Of a stretch of DNA of 64,000 nucleotides, positions 1 through 12,500 are shown piece after piece. This DNA comes from Histomonas meleagridis 2922-C6/04-290x. Its lineage: Eukaryota; Protista; Parabasalia. Under the pieces are notes generated by a model. That model did not search any database. It was given only the letters and a program-made list of their open reading frames with translations, and was not told the DNA's origin. The translations under genes were made by a program, and so were the position numbers. Numbering within the stretch: the first letter of the stretch is position 1; each line of letters opens with the position of its first letter. The stretch lies in the NCBI GenBank assembly GCA_020184695.1, contig JAANOX010000271.1, positions 124,001 through 188,000 on the forward strand, given 5' to 3'.

Positions 1-418
1 CCAGGCATCAAAAGATTCAATTCCTTTCAAATCTGGAAGCGCCATTCGTCACATCCAGAAAAAATCCATATCAAGATCTTCTCAGCTGAGTTTTTAGATA
101 TTTTAGTTTTTATTTTTCTGTGGTTTATATGTTTTGGAAGGTACATTGCATGTTTAAAAAATTGTCTTCTCAGAATAATTTTTGATTCTTAACTCAATGG
201 CTACAGGAAAAATATAGATTTTTCATATAAAAATCATTTATTTATATGAATGAAAAAATTTAAATATACGCCTGTTTTGAAGTGACATCATCTCTCAATT
301 AAGAGATATTTTAATTTTGCTAAAATCTAAAAAAGATAAATCACTGGTCACCAGTTCTGTTAAGTGGTACAATTGTGCAACTTATCAAAAATTAGTAGAA
401 CACTTACCAAATTCTAAA

Positions 419-2318
419 CTAAATGGCACCTTTTTCACTGAGTAATTGTTTTATTTCTCTGAAACCCAACCGATTAGCGATTTTAAATGCTGTTTCAAAT
501 TAATAAAACATAATCCAAATTATTAAAACATATTTCAAATTATTAAAACATATATAAAATTATTCAAATGAATAGTTTTTTCATTAACATCAATTCCTTT
601 TTGTTCTAAAAGTAATTTTACTATTTCTAAATTATTATTTTTAACTGCTATATGAAGTGCTGTTTCAAATTATTAAAACATATTTTAAATTATTAAAACA
701 TATTTCAAATTATTAAAACATATTCCAAATTATTCAAATGAATATTTTTTGCATTAACATCAATTCCTTTATCTAAAAGTAATTTTACTATTTTTATATT
801 ATTATTTTCAACTGCTATATGAAGTGCTGTTTCAAATTATTAAAACATATTCCAAATTATTGAAACATATTCCAAATTATTCAAATGAATATTTTTTGCA
901 TTAACATCAATTCCTTTATCTAAAAGTAATTTTACTATTTCTATATTATTATTTCTAACTGCGATATGAAGTGCTGTTTCAAATTATTAAAACATATTTC
1001 AAATTATTAAAACATATTCCAAATTATTAAAACATATTCCAAATTATTAAAACATATTCCAAATTATTAAAACACATTTCAAATTATTCAAATGAATAGT
1101 TATTGCATTAATATCAATTCCTTCTTTATCTAAAAGTAATTTTACTATTTCAATATTTTCTAATTTAACTGAATATGGTAAAATTGTTTTTGGAATTTGT
1201 TGACTTTCTATTATAAATGTATTTCCCTTTGATGCTATTTCCCCTATAATTTCATTATTTATTTTCATTCCTTCTTTTTCTAAAAACGAGAAGATTTCAT
1301 AATTATTAAATTCTACACATTTTTTCCCAAGATATATTAAATTTTCTTCACTTAAATTATAATTACCTTGATTTTCGAAATCAGAATTCGATTTTGTAAA
1401 AGAAGATTTTGAAGATGAAAATTTTCCAATTTTATTTTCATAAAGATAACGAAAAATTTCATTTTGATGAAATTCTATTGCTGTTTCATATGCTTCTGTA
1501 AATGATGAATTATTTTGTTCACATAAATGAATAATTTCTAAGTTTCCACCTGCAATTGCATATTTAGATGTATTTTTGATATTCGAATTATTTAATAACA
1601 AATATTTAAAACATTTAATCGAGCCAAAAAATGCACAATAATCAATCAATGAAACATTTTCAGTATTAATAAATGAACATCTTTCATAAAGTGATGGCTT
1701 AATTTTTTGATTAAAGTCAAATTCATTATTTGATGATATTTCTTGAAGCTTTTCTAAATCATCATTTCGAAGTACTTTCGCAATTTCGAATGGGTTGACT
1801 CCTTCTTTTACATATTGCATATGAAGTTTCCAATCATCTTTTGATAATTCATCAAGTGATGAAATGAATTCCCCAAAGAATTGTAGTCTTAGATACAAAT
1901 ATTCGTTCTTTGATCTATAGCATTCTTCATATTGAGAAAAATATAATGTGTTCATGTTCTTTACTGAAGATGGTTCAATTATTTCTTCTTCTATCATCTT
2001 TTCAAGAAGGAAATATGATTCTTGCTTTTCGATTCTCAGTAAATATTCATGAAAGATTTGAACAAGATTGGCTTCAGTTCCACTTTTGTTTTTAACTTTT
2101 TCATCTTCTTTTTCTTTTAAAGCTAATAAATATTTAATATATATATATTCATTATTTGATTGAGAAACAAAAGCTGAATAGATAAGTCAAGAAACAAGAT
2201 AGTTAAATGTATATGGCAACCTATCTACAAATAAATTAATTGTTGCTTGAACTGATTGATCGAAATTTTTTTCGTTGAGATTATAGACAATTGATTCTAA
2301 TGATTTCGAAAGTTCCAT
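419..2318 (-). CDS. Ankyrin-repeat protein, DUF3447-type (locus A); C-terminal repeats split by 17-nt spacers
   Basis: ORF 1047..1997 has the family motifs SLIDYCAFFGSIKCFKYL and YAIAGGNLEIIHLC. The frame extends upstream to an ATG at 2318 but crosses an in-frame TGA at 2187-2189. Downstream, four ETALHIAV/ETAFKIA ankyrin segments join in frame after removing 17 spacers and end at a TAG at 419-421. Confidence 0.75.
497..1097 (-). repeat. Four arrays of a 20-nt unit (3-nt codon + 17-nt spacer), consensus GGA-ATATGTTTTAATAATTT
   Basis: Plus-strand unit AAATTATTAAAACATATTCC occurs 5x (981-1080), 2x (834-873), 3x (667-726) and 3x (497-556), each array lying between ankyrin coding segments. Confidence 0.95.
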
Positions 2319-2846
2319 CAATAAAAAAATGGTTTAAAACCCTGTCCATAAAATTTGTGAAAGAATACAATCGACAGTACCAAAAAATGCCATACGATAG
2401 GCATTGGAACCGATAGCTATATTTTTTAAGAATGACATTTTCCAGGACTGAAAATTGAATGCATTCAAAATTGAGCATATATGCTGTCGCCATAAATGTC
2501 AAAATATTTTCATTAACTCAAATGTTTTCTTTTTTTTATCATTTAACCTCGTATTTATTGATAATATAATCATAAATAATTTCATTAATTATTTTCCTTA
2601 TGCTTTTGTCGAACTTTTCTATCTTACAATTTAAAAATAATAAGTAGAACATTAAAAAAAATGTAATTTATGAACCATAACACGGAGTATTTTGAACTCA
2701 ACTTATTGATTTATGAATAGAAATAGTTTCAACTCAACAATTTTTTGAAGATTTCTTCATAACAATAATAAATAAAATAATGAGAAAATTCTAAACAAAT
2801 TACAATAGTATTTGCTCAGTTTAAAATGTTTACTTTATTTATTTAC

Positions 2847-3176
2847 TCAGCAGCATTGCTTTTTCTCACATTGGTCATCATTTACTTCGACAAATTCAGT
2901 TGTTTTGGGTTCATAACTTAATCCGTCAAGTTCAACAACTTTACGGAACATCTCGACAATGTTCTCACCTGTCTTTGCTGATGTTTCGATATAAAATTTG
3001 GCTCCGATTTTCTTGGAAAAGTCATTGATTTCATCCATATCACATTGATATTCTTCTTCGATAAGATCTTTTTTATTCCTGACAAGAATAATTGCTATGT
3101 CTTCTGTTCGATTAATGAATAAAATTGAGATAATGCATCGAATGTTGATTTTCTTGTGATTTTTGTTATTTAACAA
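2847..3176 (-). pseudogene. Rab/Ras-family small GTPase, 3' fragment
   Basis: G4-like NKKD, G5 ETSAK and a C-terminal CC prenylation motif are present. The upstream ITRKSTFDAL segment is in another frame, and no G1/G3 motifs are recognisable. Confidence 0.7.
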
Positions 3177-4216
3177 AGTGATTTTTGCTTGTTTTCATTT
3201 AATGTATTTCATGAAATTTTGCTAACTTGGTACAAATAGTTAGCTCCCTAAAATTTTCAGGATAAATAATCTTAGATTTAAACTTGTTAAAAATAAGCAC
3301 ATTGTCCTTGTTACACATTTCTATTGAACAACAATTATTCAGACGGCGTTCAATTTGAATTCGGATTTTTTGCACTTGGCTCCAATTTTGATTCTATAAA
3401 TATAACGTGTTATTCAACAAAAACATCAATGTTAAATTGCATAGTAAAACTGCTCTTGATGAAAATGGATATATATAATCAATTACCTCCATGCATCTTC
3501 AAATAGTAAATTTAATGCTTTAGAGCCTCTGATGGAAAAGACGATTTTGGAAGGAGCAAATTTTTCCATACTTCAATATTTAGTTATAGTAACAATAAGT
3601 CATTTTTACTGATATAATAGTTCTGTACATGAAATGTCAGCTCTAATTCACCATGTCCAAGAAGATGTAGAAAAAGAAAATATATGTTAGCATTATAAAA
3701 GTTTAATATTAGTTTATACAAATAAAATTAATCACTATATATACATTATGTCAATCTAATTACAACAAATTCATTTTTCCAAAGCCAATTAATTGAAACA
3801 AATTCTCCCATAATATTTCTATTTATACATCATATTATTAAAGTTTTATATACTATTAAAATTGTTGCCCAATTTCCTTAAAACATTATAGCAAATCATC
3901 GAAACAAGTACTTTGTATTCATTAAAGAAATCGGTCAAATGAATTTTCATTTGTTTGGAACCGAATTACCAACTGAACATGATAATTATATTACTTCAAA
4001 AATTCTTCTTTATCAAACAATTCACAAGAATTTATCATTAATGATTTTACTTGTATTTTTCTACACTTAATATTTATATCAACTTCCATATAGTTGCATC
4101 AAATAATGAATTTGGTTGGAAGAATCCAAAATATTTTGATAGTGATGGCGTTTGTTCAGTTAGATGAATAGCCACCTCTTGTTTGTTAATCATTACTTGT
4201 GAAAAGAAATTTGCTT

Positions 4217-4246
4217 TTCATAAAAAGAATCGGAAGCAGCACCCAT
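4217..4246 (-). pseudogene. Possible relic of a GH47 alpha-mannosidase-like gene
   Basis: A short peptide MGAASDSFYE resembles the GH47 GAxxDSFYEY motif. The surrounding frame is broken, and this motif is the only support. Confidence 0.25.
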
Positions 4247-4889
4247 TAAACAAATGTAAACGTGAGGTATCAAACAGCAACTATGGTGATATGCATTATA
4301 TACTATTTCATATTAACTATTTTCAATGAAGAATGAGTTATTGTGCTACATTATAATTTTTTAGATTTATTGATAAATTTAAAATATTTCAATTATTTTA
4401 AATGGAAAAAGATATTGATATACTTTACTTCAAACATTCATACATATAAAAATTCGAAACTTATGATAACTTTATTTATTATATATGTTAATAATATCAA
4501 AATAATACTAACATTCAGAAAATATATTTATGCCAAATAAGCCAACTATTTCCATATATTAGGCCACAAAATTTAGTAAGTTGGAGAAAAGATATTTTTA
4601 ATTATACCCTCAAAAAGGTGGACCTCTTCCCAAATTAATTCAAGAAATGAATATGATTTTTTTTTTCTAAAAGAAAATGAATCATTTATTCTTTGTTAAT
4701 TTTGCTTGAGTGAACTCAAGAATTCATAATAAATATGAAATTAAGCTTTCAACTTGTTATTCTCAGAAAGAATTTTTGTAAATTATTTTGAGTTATCAAA
4801 ATATATTCCTATCTACTAATAGGTGAGTTTAAATTTTTTTGTGAAACCAACATATTTTCTGAAATAAAAAGGAAAAATAAATTTTTACA

Positions 4890-4975
4890 AAACGACCGTT
4901 TATTACCAGATGAACAACAATAAAATGCAGTGTCTCCAATTGTTGTTACATTTTCTCCAATGACAGCTGCTTATA
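4890..4975 (-). pseudogene. BspA-type LRR relic
   Basis: Translates as AAVIGENVTTIGDTAFYCCSS, a single TpLRR/BspA repeat flanked by stops. Confidence 0.45.
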
Positions 4976-6626
4976 AATGGATCTAAATTTTGTTATTTTT
5001 ATGATATTAAATTTGTTTTCATATCTTTATGCGATTAATTTTTTTTAAGATACTTTAATTCTACCTAAGTCGTCGTATATTGCACGATGAACTTCCCCTC
5101 CTGAAAAAGGTTTATGACCCCTTGTATCAAATTACTTTCAACTTTATGAAATTCTAAGATATTAAATTTATTTCAATGCCATTTTGTACCAAAACAATTT
5201 CTCTATCCAACTATTTGAAGACAGGCATTCAAATACAACTTCTACAAAATGATATTAAAATTTTAAAGTATTTGTTTTAAAAAAGTAAATTAATTGTTGT
5301 TGCCTTGTTTCTGTCGATAATGTAAAGGCATGAAACACTGATAGAACTTAAATTAACCTTATTAAAAACTTGGAATAGCTTAAGAATACCAAGGATGATA
5401 AGCGTTTGTTAAAATATTCAAATAGCTTATAAATCTAAATGAAAAAATCATTTTTTGTTGTTCATTTATCGAGAAAATATATTTGTTTTTTCTTTTTGAA
5501 TAAATCGATTTGTTTGGACATATAACTCGCTTCTAAGATACTGCTGGATACAAGAAAGGAGCTGTCATCAAAAAACAATAAGTAATTTTTTTTAAAAAAA
5601 TGTTCATTGTTTATGAAGATGATTTCTGTGAAAATATTTTTGAATGAATTAGATTTTAATTTGACTGTAAAAGGCGGTTAGATTTTAAAATAATTGAAAT
5701 GCCTATATAGAAAAGTTGAAAATTTTATTTGAAAGCTCGGTATTGAATTATTGTTGTATTGAGTGATTTTGATCGTTTTGCGTGTAAAATTGCTATGAAA
5801 ACAAGAATATTTTGTATCAAGTTAAAAGCGAAAATGAGAAGAGAACATTATCATCTCACTTATCATTGTTTATGACTCGTATCGATTAAATTTTTGATGA
5901 CACTTTCAATTTCAGATGAAAAACAATAGGTTTCATACATTTTTGATGAAAATTTGAAGGTTTTTTGTTCGAGTTAAAATCAAGAATATATCTTCCAATT
6001 CCAATCATCAAATTGATGAAAAAATATGAAATATATCTATTAATGACTTTCAGCATTCGTTTTATTGACTTTATTTCCAACATATTTCATGATGAAAATA
6101 TTTTTCATAAAAATATAAAATATATAAATTTCAAAAACAAAAATGAAACAGCAAATCAACAGATCCATAACGAATATCCTCATTATCTGTTCAATAATAA
6201 CAAAAATCATTCAAATAACAAAATTTTATTTATTTTTCTCATATGAAAAGATTCATAAAATAAGTTATAAATATTATCATTTATTAAGTCACTTATTTAC
6301 AAATTTATTTTCTATCTTTAAAAAATGTTTCGAATTAACTTCTTCTTCTAAATTTAAAAATCACTTTATTTATTCTTTGAAGAAAATTCTATTTTATTTT
6401 GATATTTATATAATAAATAAAGTCGAAATATTTTATATTTTTATTGAGGAATTTCTTTTGTTCTTTTTCAATTTATTAAGTATTTTTATAAAAGTTATTT
6501 AATTTATGATAAAAATAAGCAAAATTTCAAAATATTTTTGATTTTAATGATTATATTTTTTGTTAATACAAAGCAATCATATGACGAAGAGACAAAAACA
6601 CTCACAATATCTGACTTCATTGATTA

Positions 6627-7770
6627 TAGGGGGGACGGAAATGTTTTATCCTAAATATAATAGAATCGAAATAAAAGATTTTAATTATTTTTTTTAGGTT
6701 TACTTATGATAGTAGTTACCTTTGTTCTTTATCACCCATTGACATCTTTCAATCCATTCTTCAAAAACTTTTGCTAAAGTATCCTTTGAAATTTCACACA
6801 AAATTTCAGTTATTTTATCGTGCAATTGTTGAAAATCATCGAATTTTTCTCCTTCTAGTTGATTTTTTATAAAACCAAATAAAAAGAAATCTGAAGTATA
6901 CAATTTGCTTCAAGGGTTTAATTATATTATCAATAAAATACTTTGAGTTAAATTCTTCACCATCTTTCATAATATCAACTATAAAGAATTGATCAATATT
7001 CCAAAAGATAGTTACCATATATTTTATAGTGTCAATTTTTGTATCGATAATTTCATGTAAATTATCTCTTGATTGTGACCACATATGCTTGTGATCATAT
7101 GATAAGAAAAACCATGATTCATCCCCAGTTATGATTCTATGGAAACCTTTTCTCTTATCAACTTTTAAGATATCAAGAAGCTCAGTTGCTTTTCGCACTC
7201 TTTCTCCTTTCATTTCACATGTCAGTTCATATGGAACCACTCTTAAATTATAATAATGGAAGCCTAATTTATTGAGGTGATCATTTATGGAGGATCGTGG
7301 TATAGATAAGGCTTCACTTAATGTATATGTCGAATGAAATGGTTCCATTTCGAGTGCAGCCAAAATTTTTGAATCAATGAAATCAAGTACTGGTCTTCCT
7401 GGACTTTGAATGTTTGTTATTTCAGATCTCCCTAATTTAAATTGATGCACCCAATATTTTATGGTATTAATATCGAGTGCATCTTGGTGATAAACATCAT
7501 CTGACTCTTGTTTGATTTGGCTGAGTTTAGAGCCTTTTCTTTTCAATAAAAATATGATTGCTCTTTGTTCGACTTCCATAAAAATGAAAAATGTTTAAAA
7601 AGAATGACAATATGAAAGTTTATTTTTGACATTTTCTTGATATATATGATATTTCTGGTCTCAAAAATTATATCATTATTATTACAGTCTTTTGTATTTT
7701 TATATATATAATTTTTATTAAAAAAAAATAAAAGGATCATATTTAGGATAAAACATTTCCGTCCCCCCTA
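6627..7770 (-). mobile_element. Mariner element, family A copy 1 (internal deletion derivative)
   Basis: 32-bp TIRs TAGGGGGGACGGAAATGTTTTATCCTAAATAT, with TA duplication at 6625-6626 and 7771-7772. The transposase has a GDESWF motif. About 146 bp present in copy 2, including the second Asp region and YSPDLAP, are missing. Confidence 0.95.
6700..7579 (-). pseudogene. Truncated mariner transposase
   Basis: ORF 6836..7579 (HTH and ITGDESWF) and ORF 6700..6903 (SDFFLFG...WIERC) flank the deletion. Confidence 0.9.
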
Positions 7771-8738
7771 TATTCAAAAGATTATATGAATGTTACAGAG
7801 CATGTTATAATTATTAATGTTGGCGAGCTTGAAAGTGATGCATTCAGAGAATGGCCTTTATTAACAACAGTAATAATTGGAGAAACAGTTGGAAATATAA
7901 ATAGTAGAGCATTTGCATCATGTAAACAATTAGAATATGTCCAATTTCCAGATAAATTAATGAGTGGAATTGGAGGTGGTGCATTTGCAGAATGTATTTC
8001 ATTAAATAACATTACAATTCGTTGTAATACCATTAGTGGTAATGCATTTTATAAATGTACAGGACTTGAAACGATAACTTTATATGAAGGCGTCCGAAAT
8101 ATTGGCTCAGATGCATTCAGAGGATGTACAAGCCTTGTGAATATTTATATACCAAGTTCTGTTACTTCGATTGGGAATCCATTTTTAGAATGTACAAAAC
8201 TTCAATTTATTAATGTTTCAGAAGAAAATATTGGATATTCGAATTATGAAAATGATGGTGTTTTATATAATAAAGAAATTACATATATTATTAGTTATCC
8301 GAATATGAAAAGTAAAACATTTACAATTCCTAATTCAGTCATTTCTATTATGAATTATGCTTTTGCAAGTTGTAATAATTTAGAAAGAATTTTTATTGAT
8401 GAAAATGTTCAATATATTAATTCATGTGCATTTACTAATTGTACATCACTTCAATGTATTTATTTTAATGGAGAAATTTCACCAGAAATCCAAAATGATG
8501 TATTCGTTAATATAAATGCGACAACAGTTATGACAATAGAAACATATCAAAATGAAACATTTGGAAATATGGAAATTACTAAGGGAACAACACTTGACGA
8601 ATGTCTCCCGCCAACACGCACATTCACTAATTCAGATACTTATTCTAACCTAAATACATTTACTAACATAAATACATTTGCTAATTCAAACACATTTACG
8701 AAATCAAAAAATAATTTTGATTCAAATACTTATGTTAA

Positions 8739-9293
8739 TACATTTTCGCTGAATTTTACTTTCGACTCTCCAAAGCGAACACTATCATTAACAGCGTTGG
8801 GCGAAGTCGAATTGCGGCATCGATCGCGCAGCAGTTAAGTAATGTAATAACGACGTCGATTGAAGTTAAGTCGTTTTATATACCGAATAACAATGAAAAT
8901 ATCGAAGAAGATAATGAAATTAATTACATTGTTAATATAATTAATAACGCAAATGATGAAATGGTAATGGAAGCAATCGATAAGTTACAAGAAGACGTAC
9001 GGAATGTAACAATTGCATCGGAGAAAGCTCTTGAATGTATCGATGTAATGCGAAGAAGACAAATGTATTTGTTGGCGATGTTTTTGATATTATTTGTGTT
9101 GTATGTGTTGTCGTATAAAGTAAAGGGAATGTTCAGGAAGTGGAGGACGAAGCTGCCAATGACTATGATATGCGTTATGTTATGCGTGCTGACTTTGATG
9201 ATGCCGAAGAATGCCGAGAAGAAACAAATTTTGGAATTTATGAAACTGAAATCGAAACAAATCCGAATGGAAATTAACCATTTTTATAATTAA
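8739..9293 (+). CDS. Unknown ORF, probably 5'-truncated, with two hydrophobic segments
   Basis: The frame is open from 8739 (YIFAEFYFRLSKANTIINSVGRSRIAASIAQQLS) through the ATG at 8961 to the stop at 9293. GC and CpG content are visibly higher than in the flanks. Confidence 0.45.
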   Translation, partial: YIFAEFYFRLSKANTIINSVGRSRIAASIAQQLSNVITTSIEVKSFYIPNNNENIEEDNEINYIVNIINNANDEMVMEAIDKLQEDVRNVTIASEKALECIDVMRRRQMYLLAMFLILFVLYVLSYKVKGMFRKWRTKLPMTMICVMLCVLTLMMPKNAEKKQILEFMKLKSKQIRMEINHFYN

Positions 9294-9535
9294 ATTTGTT
9301 TGTAGTTATTATGTTTTTGTATTAAACAAATGTAATGTAATTAAATTTGTTTGTAGTTTTTGTATTTTTGTTTTCGTTATTAAACAAATGTAATTAGATT
9401 TTTTATAGTTATTTGTTTTGCGTTATTAATCATTTTTACAATTTAATTTGTTTGTAGTTATTTGTTTTCGTCATTTAACAAATGTAATTAAATTTGTTTG
9501 TAGTTATTTGTTTTCGTTGTTAAACAAATGTAATT
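9288..9535. repeat. About 46-nt tandem repeat (about 5 copies) with an internal inverted repeat
   Basis: Unit approximates AATTAAATTTGTTTGTAGTTATTTGTTTTCGTTATTAAACAAATGT; ATTTGTTT can pair with AAACAAAT. Confidence 0.85.
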
Positions 9536-12500
9536 GAATGTCTTCATAAATGTTTCGAGTGTTTCTTGGTCGGATACATATGGGTGTATAAATGTCATTG
9601 GTTCACGATGTTTACTTGTTTCATTTTGTATTATTTCATAACATTTAATTAGAATTGGTAACATTTGCTGAGAAAAATGTAACGAAAGTAATTTTATGGA
9701 TAAGTTAATGAAAAATGTTTTGTTGTTTGGATTATTTTCATAATATGAAAGAACAAATTCAAATATTTGTGGATTTGTACAATTATATATATAAGGTAAT
9801 ATAATGTTAAAGAATTCTTCTGATGAAATTATTTGGAAATTGTTTTGGATGATAATTAAAATTAATATAATGTTATTTAATGTTTTAGTTTTAGTATTTT
9901 GTTGAAGTTTTTTAATGATTAATGGAAATATTATATCGATTGGTAACAATTTATTTATTTGAAGAATTTTTTTAATGATTTTTAATGATCGTTTTGTGTT
10001 TATATTATTTTGTAATGAATCAATTGAATATTTAATGATGAAATTAATTTGTTCATTATCCATAAAATTAATTATATTATATAATAATTTTAATGAATAT
10101 TTTCTGATGAATTTAATTGAACAATTTAAATAATTACAAAAATTGTTAATTAAAATTATTTTTATTTCATTATCAATTAAATTTAACTTAAAATATCTTC
10201 GAATTGTATTTAACATTTCATTTTTGTCTTGACTATATTCATTCATAATTTGTTTTAATAATTTCATTATAACATTTGATTGATATATCGAATTATTATT
10301 ATATTTATATAATAAATTTATTATATCAATATAAATAATTTGAAGGTTTTCATCAACTATTTCGATATTTATGTTAATATCATTGATAATTTCATTAAAA
10401 ATTGTAATTTCTTTATATTCTTCAAAAACATTTAAAGTTAATTTTAATGAAGATAAAATGAAAATTGTTGAATTTATGTTATGTTTTTTAAATATATTTA
10501 TATAGAAATATGATAAAATTGGAATTAATTCTTTTGATTTATATTAATGGGAATATTAATGATAATGAATTTATTGCATATTCTTCATTAACTTCATTAT
10601 TACATTGTTCAATAATTAAATTAATGTTTTGTTGAATGAAATCTTTAATTTCATTTTTTTGTAAACTATTGATATAATACCAAAAGAAGTAACAAATTTG
10701 TCCAATGATTTCGATATCATTTTCATTTTTAATTATCTCAAATATCATTGGAATATATTCTTGAAATTGTTTAGGAAATTTTAAAACAAATGAAGTAATT
10801 AAACAATAACTATAAGATCTAATATTTGTATCATTATTAGTTAAATGTAAAATTATTATTTGAAATATATCCGAATAATTTTCGAGTTGCATTTTCTCTA
10901 TTAATACTTCGATAATTCGTAATGATATCAAAACTTCGGAATTAATTCCATTTCTTAAATATGTAAATATAATCATTTTAATGTTATTATATATATCTAT
11001 AGATATTTCATCTGAAAAAATTATTACATTCGATAAAAAATCGCCAATAATTTGTTTGTATAGGGTGTTCAAAAAGTCCTGACCCCCCCTCCTATTATGG
11101 GCTGTGATTAGTTTATAAATAAAATATTCATATAATATTAAAATATAGTTAATGAAGATCTTATATATGTGAAATATGTGATTTTTGATTAATTGCATAT
11201 CGAGAAAAAAATTTAATTTAAATTTTGGTGACGCAAAAATTTGAGAAGAACCGTCACGTTTTTCATGGATGCCGTCGAACAAAGATTCATTATTAAATTT
11301 CTCTTCCTCTCAGGAAAAAGATACAAAGCCATATACAGAGAAATGTTCACTGTCTTGGGAAATAATACAGTTCATATAAGTACAGTCAAAAGGTGGTGTA
11401 GAAAATTCAAAAATGGTGACTTTTTCATGCCTTGATGAGGAAACGTACGGGAGACCCCCATCTGATCTTGTTCATCCAATTTCAAAAATTCTTCAAAAGC
11501 AACCATTTATTTCAGCCCGCTTAATTGCAAAGCAATTATCAGTGACTCCAAATACTGTATTAAAAGTTCTTTATGAGGACATGGGGTTGAGGCGCTTCAC
11601 TAGGGAAATGGGTCCCCCAAGATTGGACGGAAGAACAAAAATTGGAAAGAGTCGATATGTCAAAATCAATTTTAAAAAAAAAAAAAAAAGCGGAAAAGAA
11701 AAATTTCATTAATATAATGACTGGGGATGAGTCATGGTTTTATGCAGCATCACGAGATGAAGTGCCAACCCGTACCCAAAAAGAAAATTGACAGTGAAAA
11801 ATCATGCTGACAATGTTCTTCAATGGAAATTCCCTATTATGCATTGATTTTTCTACCAAAAGGCAAAAATATAATCAACGCTATTTCATCGATAATATTA
11901 TTGAAGAAATAATTAAAAATACATATGCGGATGATGGTCAATTGGACTGTGATCAAATGATGATTCATATGGACAATTGTAAAGTTCACAAAGGAAATTT
12001 AGTTCAACAAAAAAATTAAATCAAATAAAGCTTAAATCCATTCCGCACCCACCTTATTCTCCTGACATCAGCCCATGCGACTTTTTTGGTTATTTGGTTA
12101 TTTAAAAATATTTGGAAGATAAAGAGATAAAATCGAAACATCAATTAAAAAAACTCAAATTTTAACGGCATGGGAACACGTCAATTTTTGAAGAGCTTCA
12201 AAGCGTGTTCTTGGAATGGATCAAAAGATTGAAGTGGATAATAGAAAACAATGGAGAATACTATATCACATAAATAAACAAGAATATCTAAAATTGTTTA
12301 TTCATTGAGATAGGAGGGGGGGTCATGACTTTTTGAACACCCTATAATTATGTAATGTTTGAAATGCATTTATTGATATATTTAAAAGAAATTCCGAATT
12401 TTTACAAATCGATTTCGATATAAATTGATATATTTCATTAAAACATTCTAATGCGAATATGAAAACTTTGGAATTATTCATTAATAAACATTGTGAAAAT

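Larger units (their letters stand above)
6547..8838 (+). pseudogene. BspA-like LRR surface protein, split by a mariner and lacking its TM/tail
   Basis: ATG 6547 gives MIIFFVNTKQSYDEETKTLTISDFIDY. Removing the mariner and one TA rejoins it in frame to SKDYMNVTEHV. It carries TpLRR repeats (IGxxAFxxCxxL) and an S/T-rich stalk, then runs into unrelated sequence near 8740-8770. Confidence 0.85.

Noticed and set aside
497-1097. CRISPR-like or telomeric reading of the short repeat arrays
   Set aside because: Eukaryotic context, no unique spacers of CRISPR length and no cas genes; the units sit inside ankyrin coding sequence.
5886-6502. Short I/F/K-rich ORFs (also 4343, 14205 5' part, 20983, 21140, 33217)
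   Set aside because: Expected by chance in very AT-rich DNA, with no motifs.
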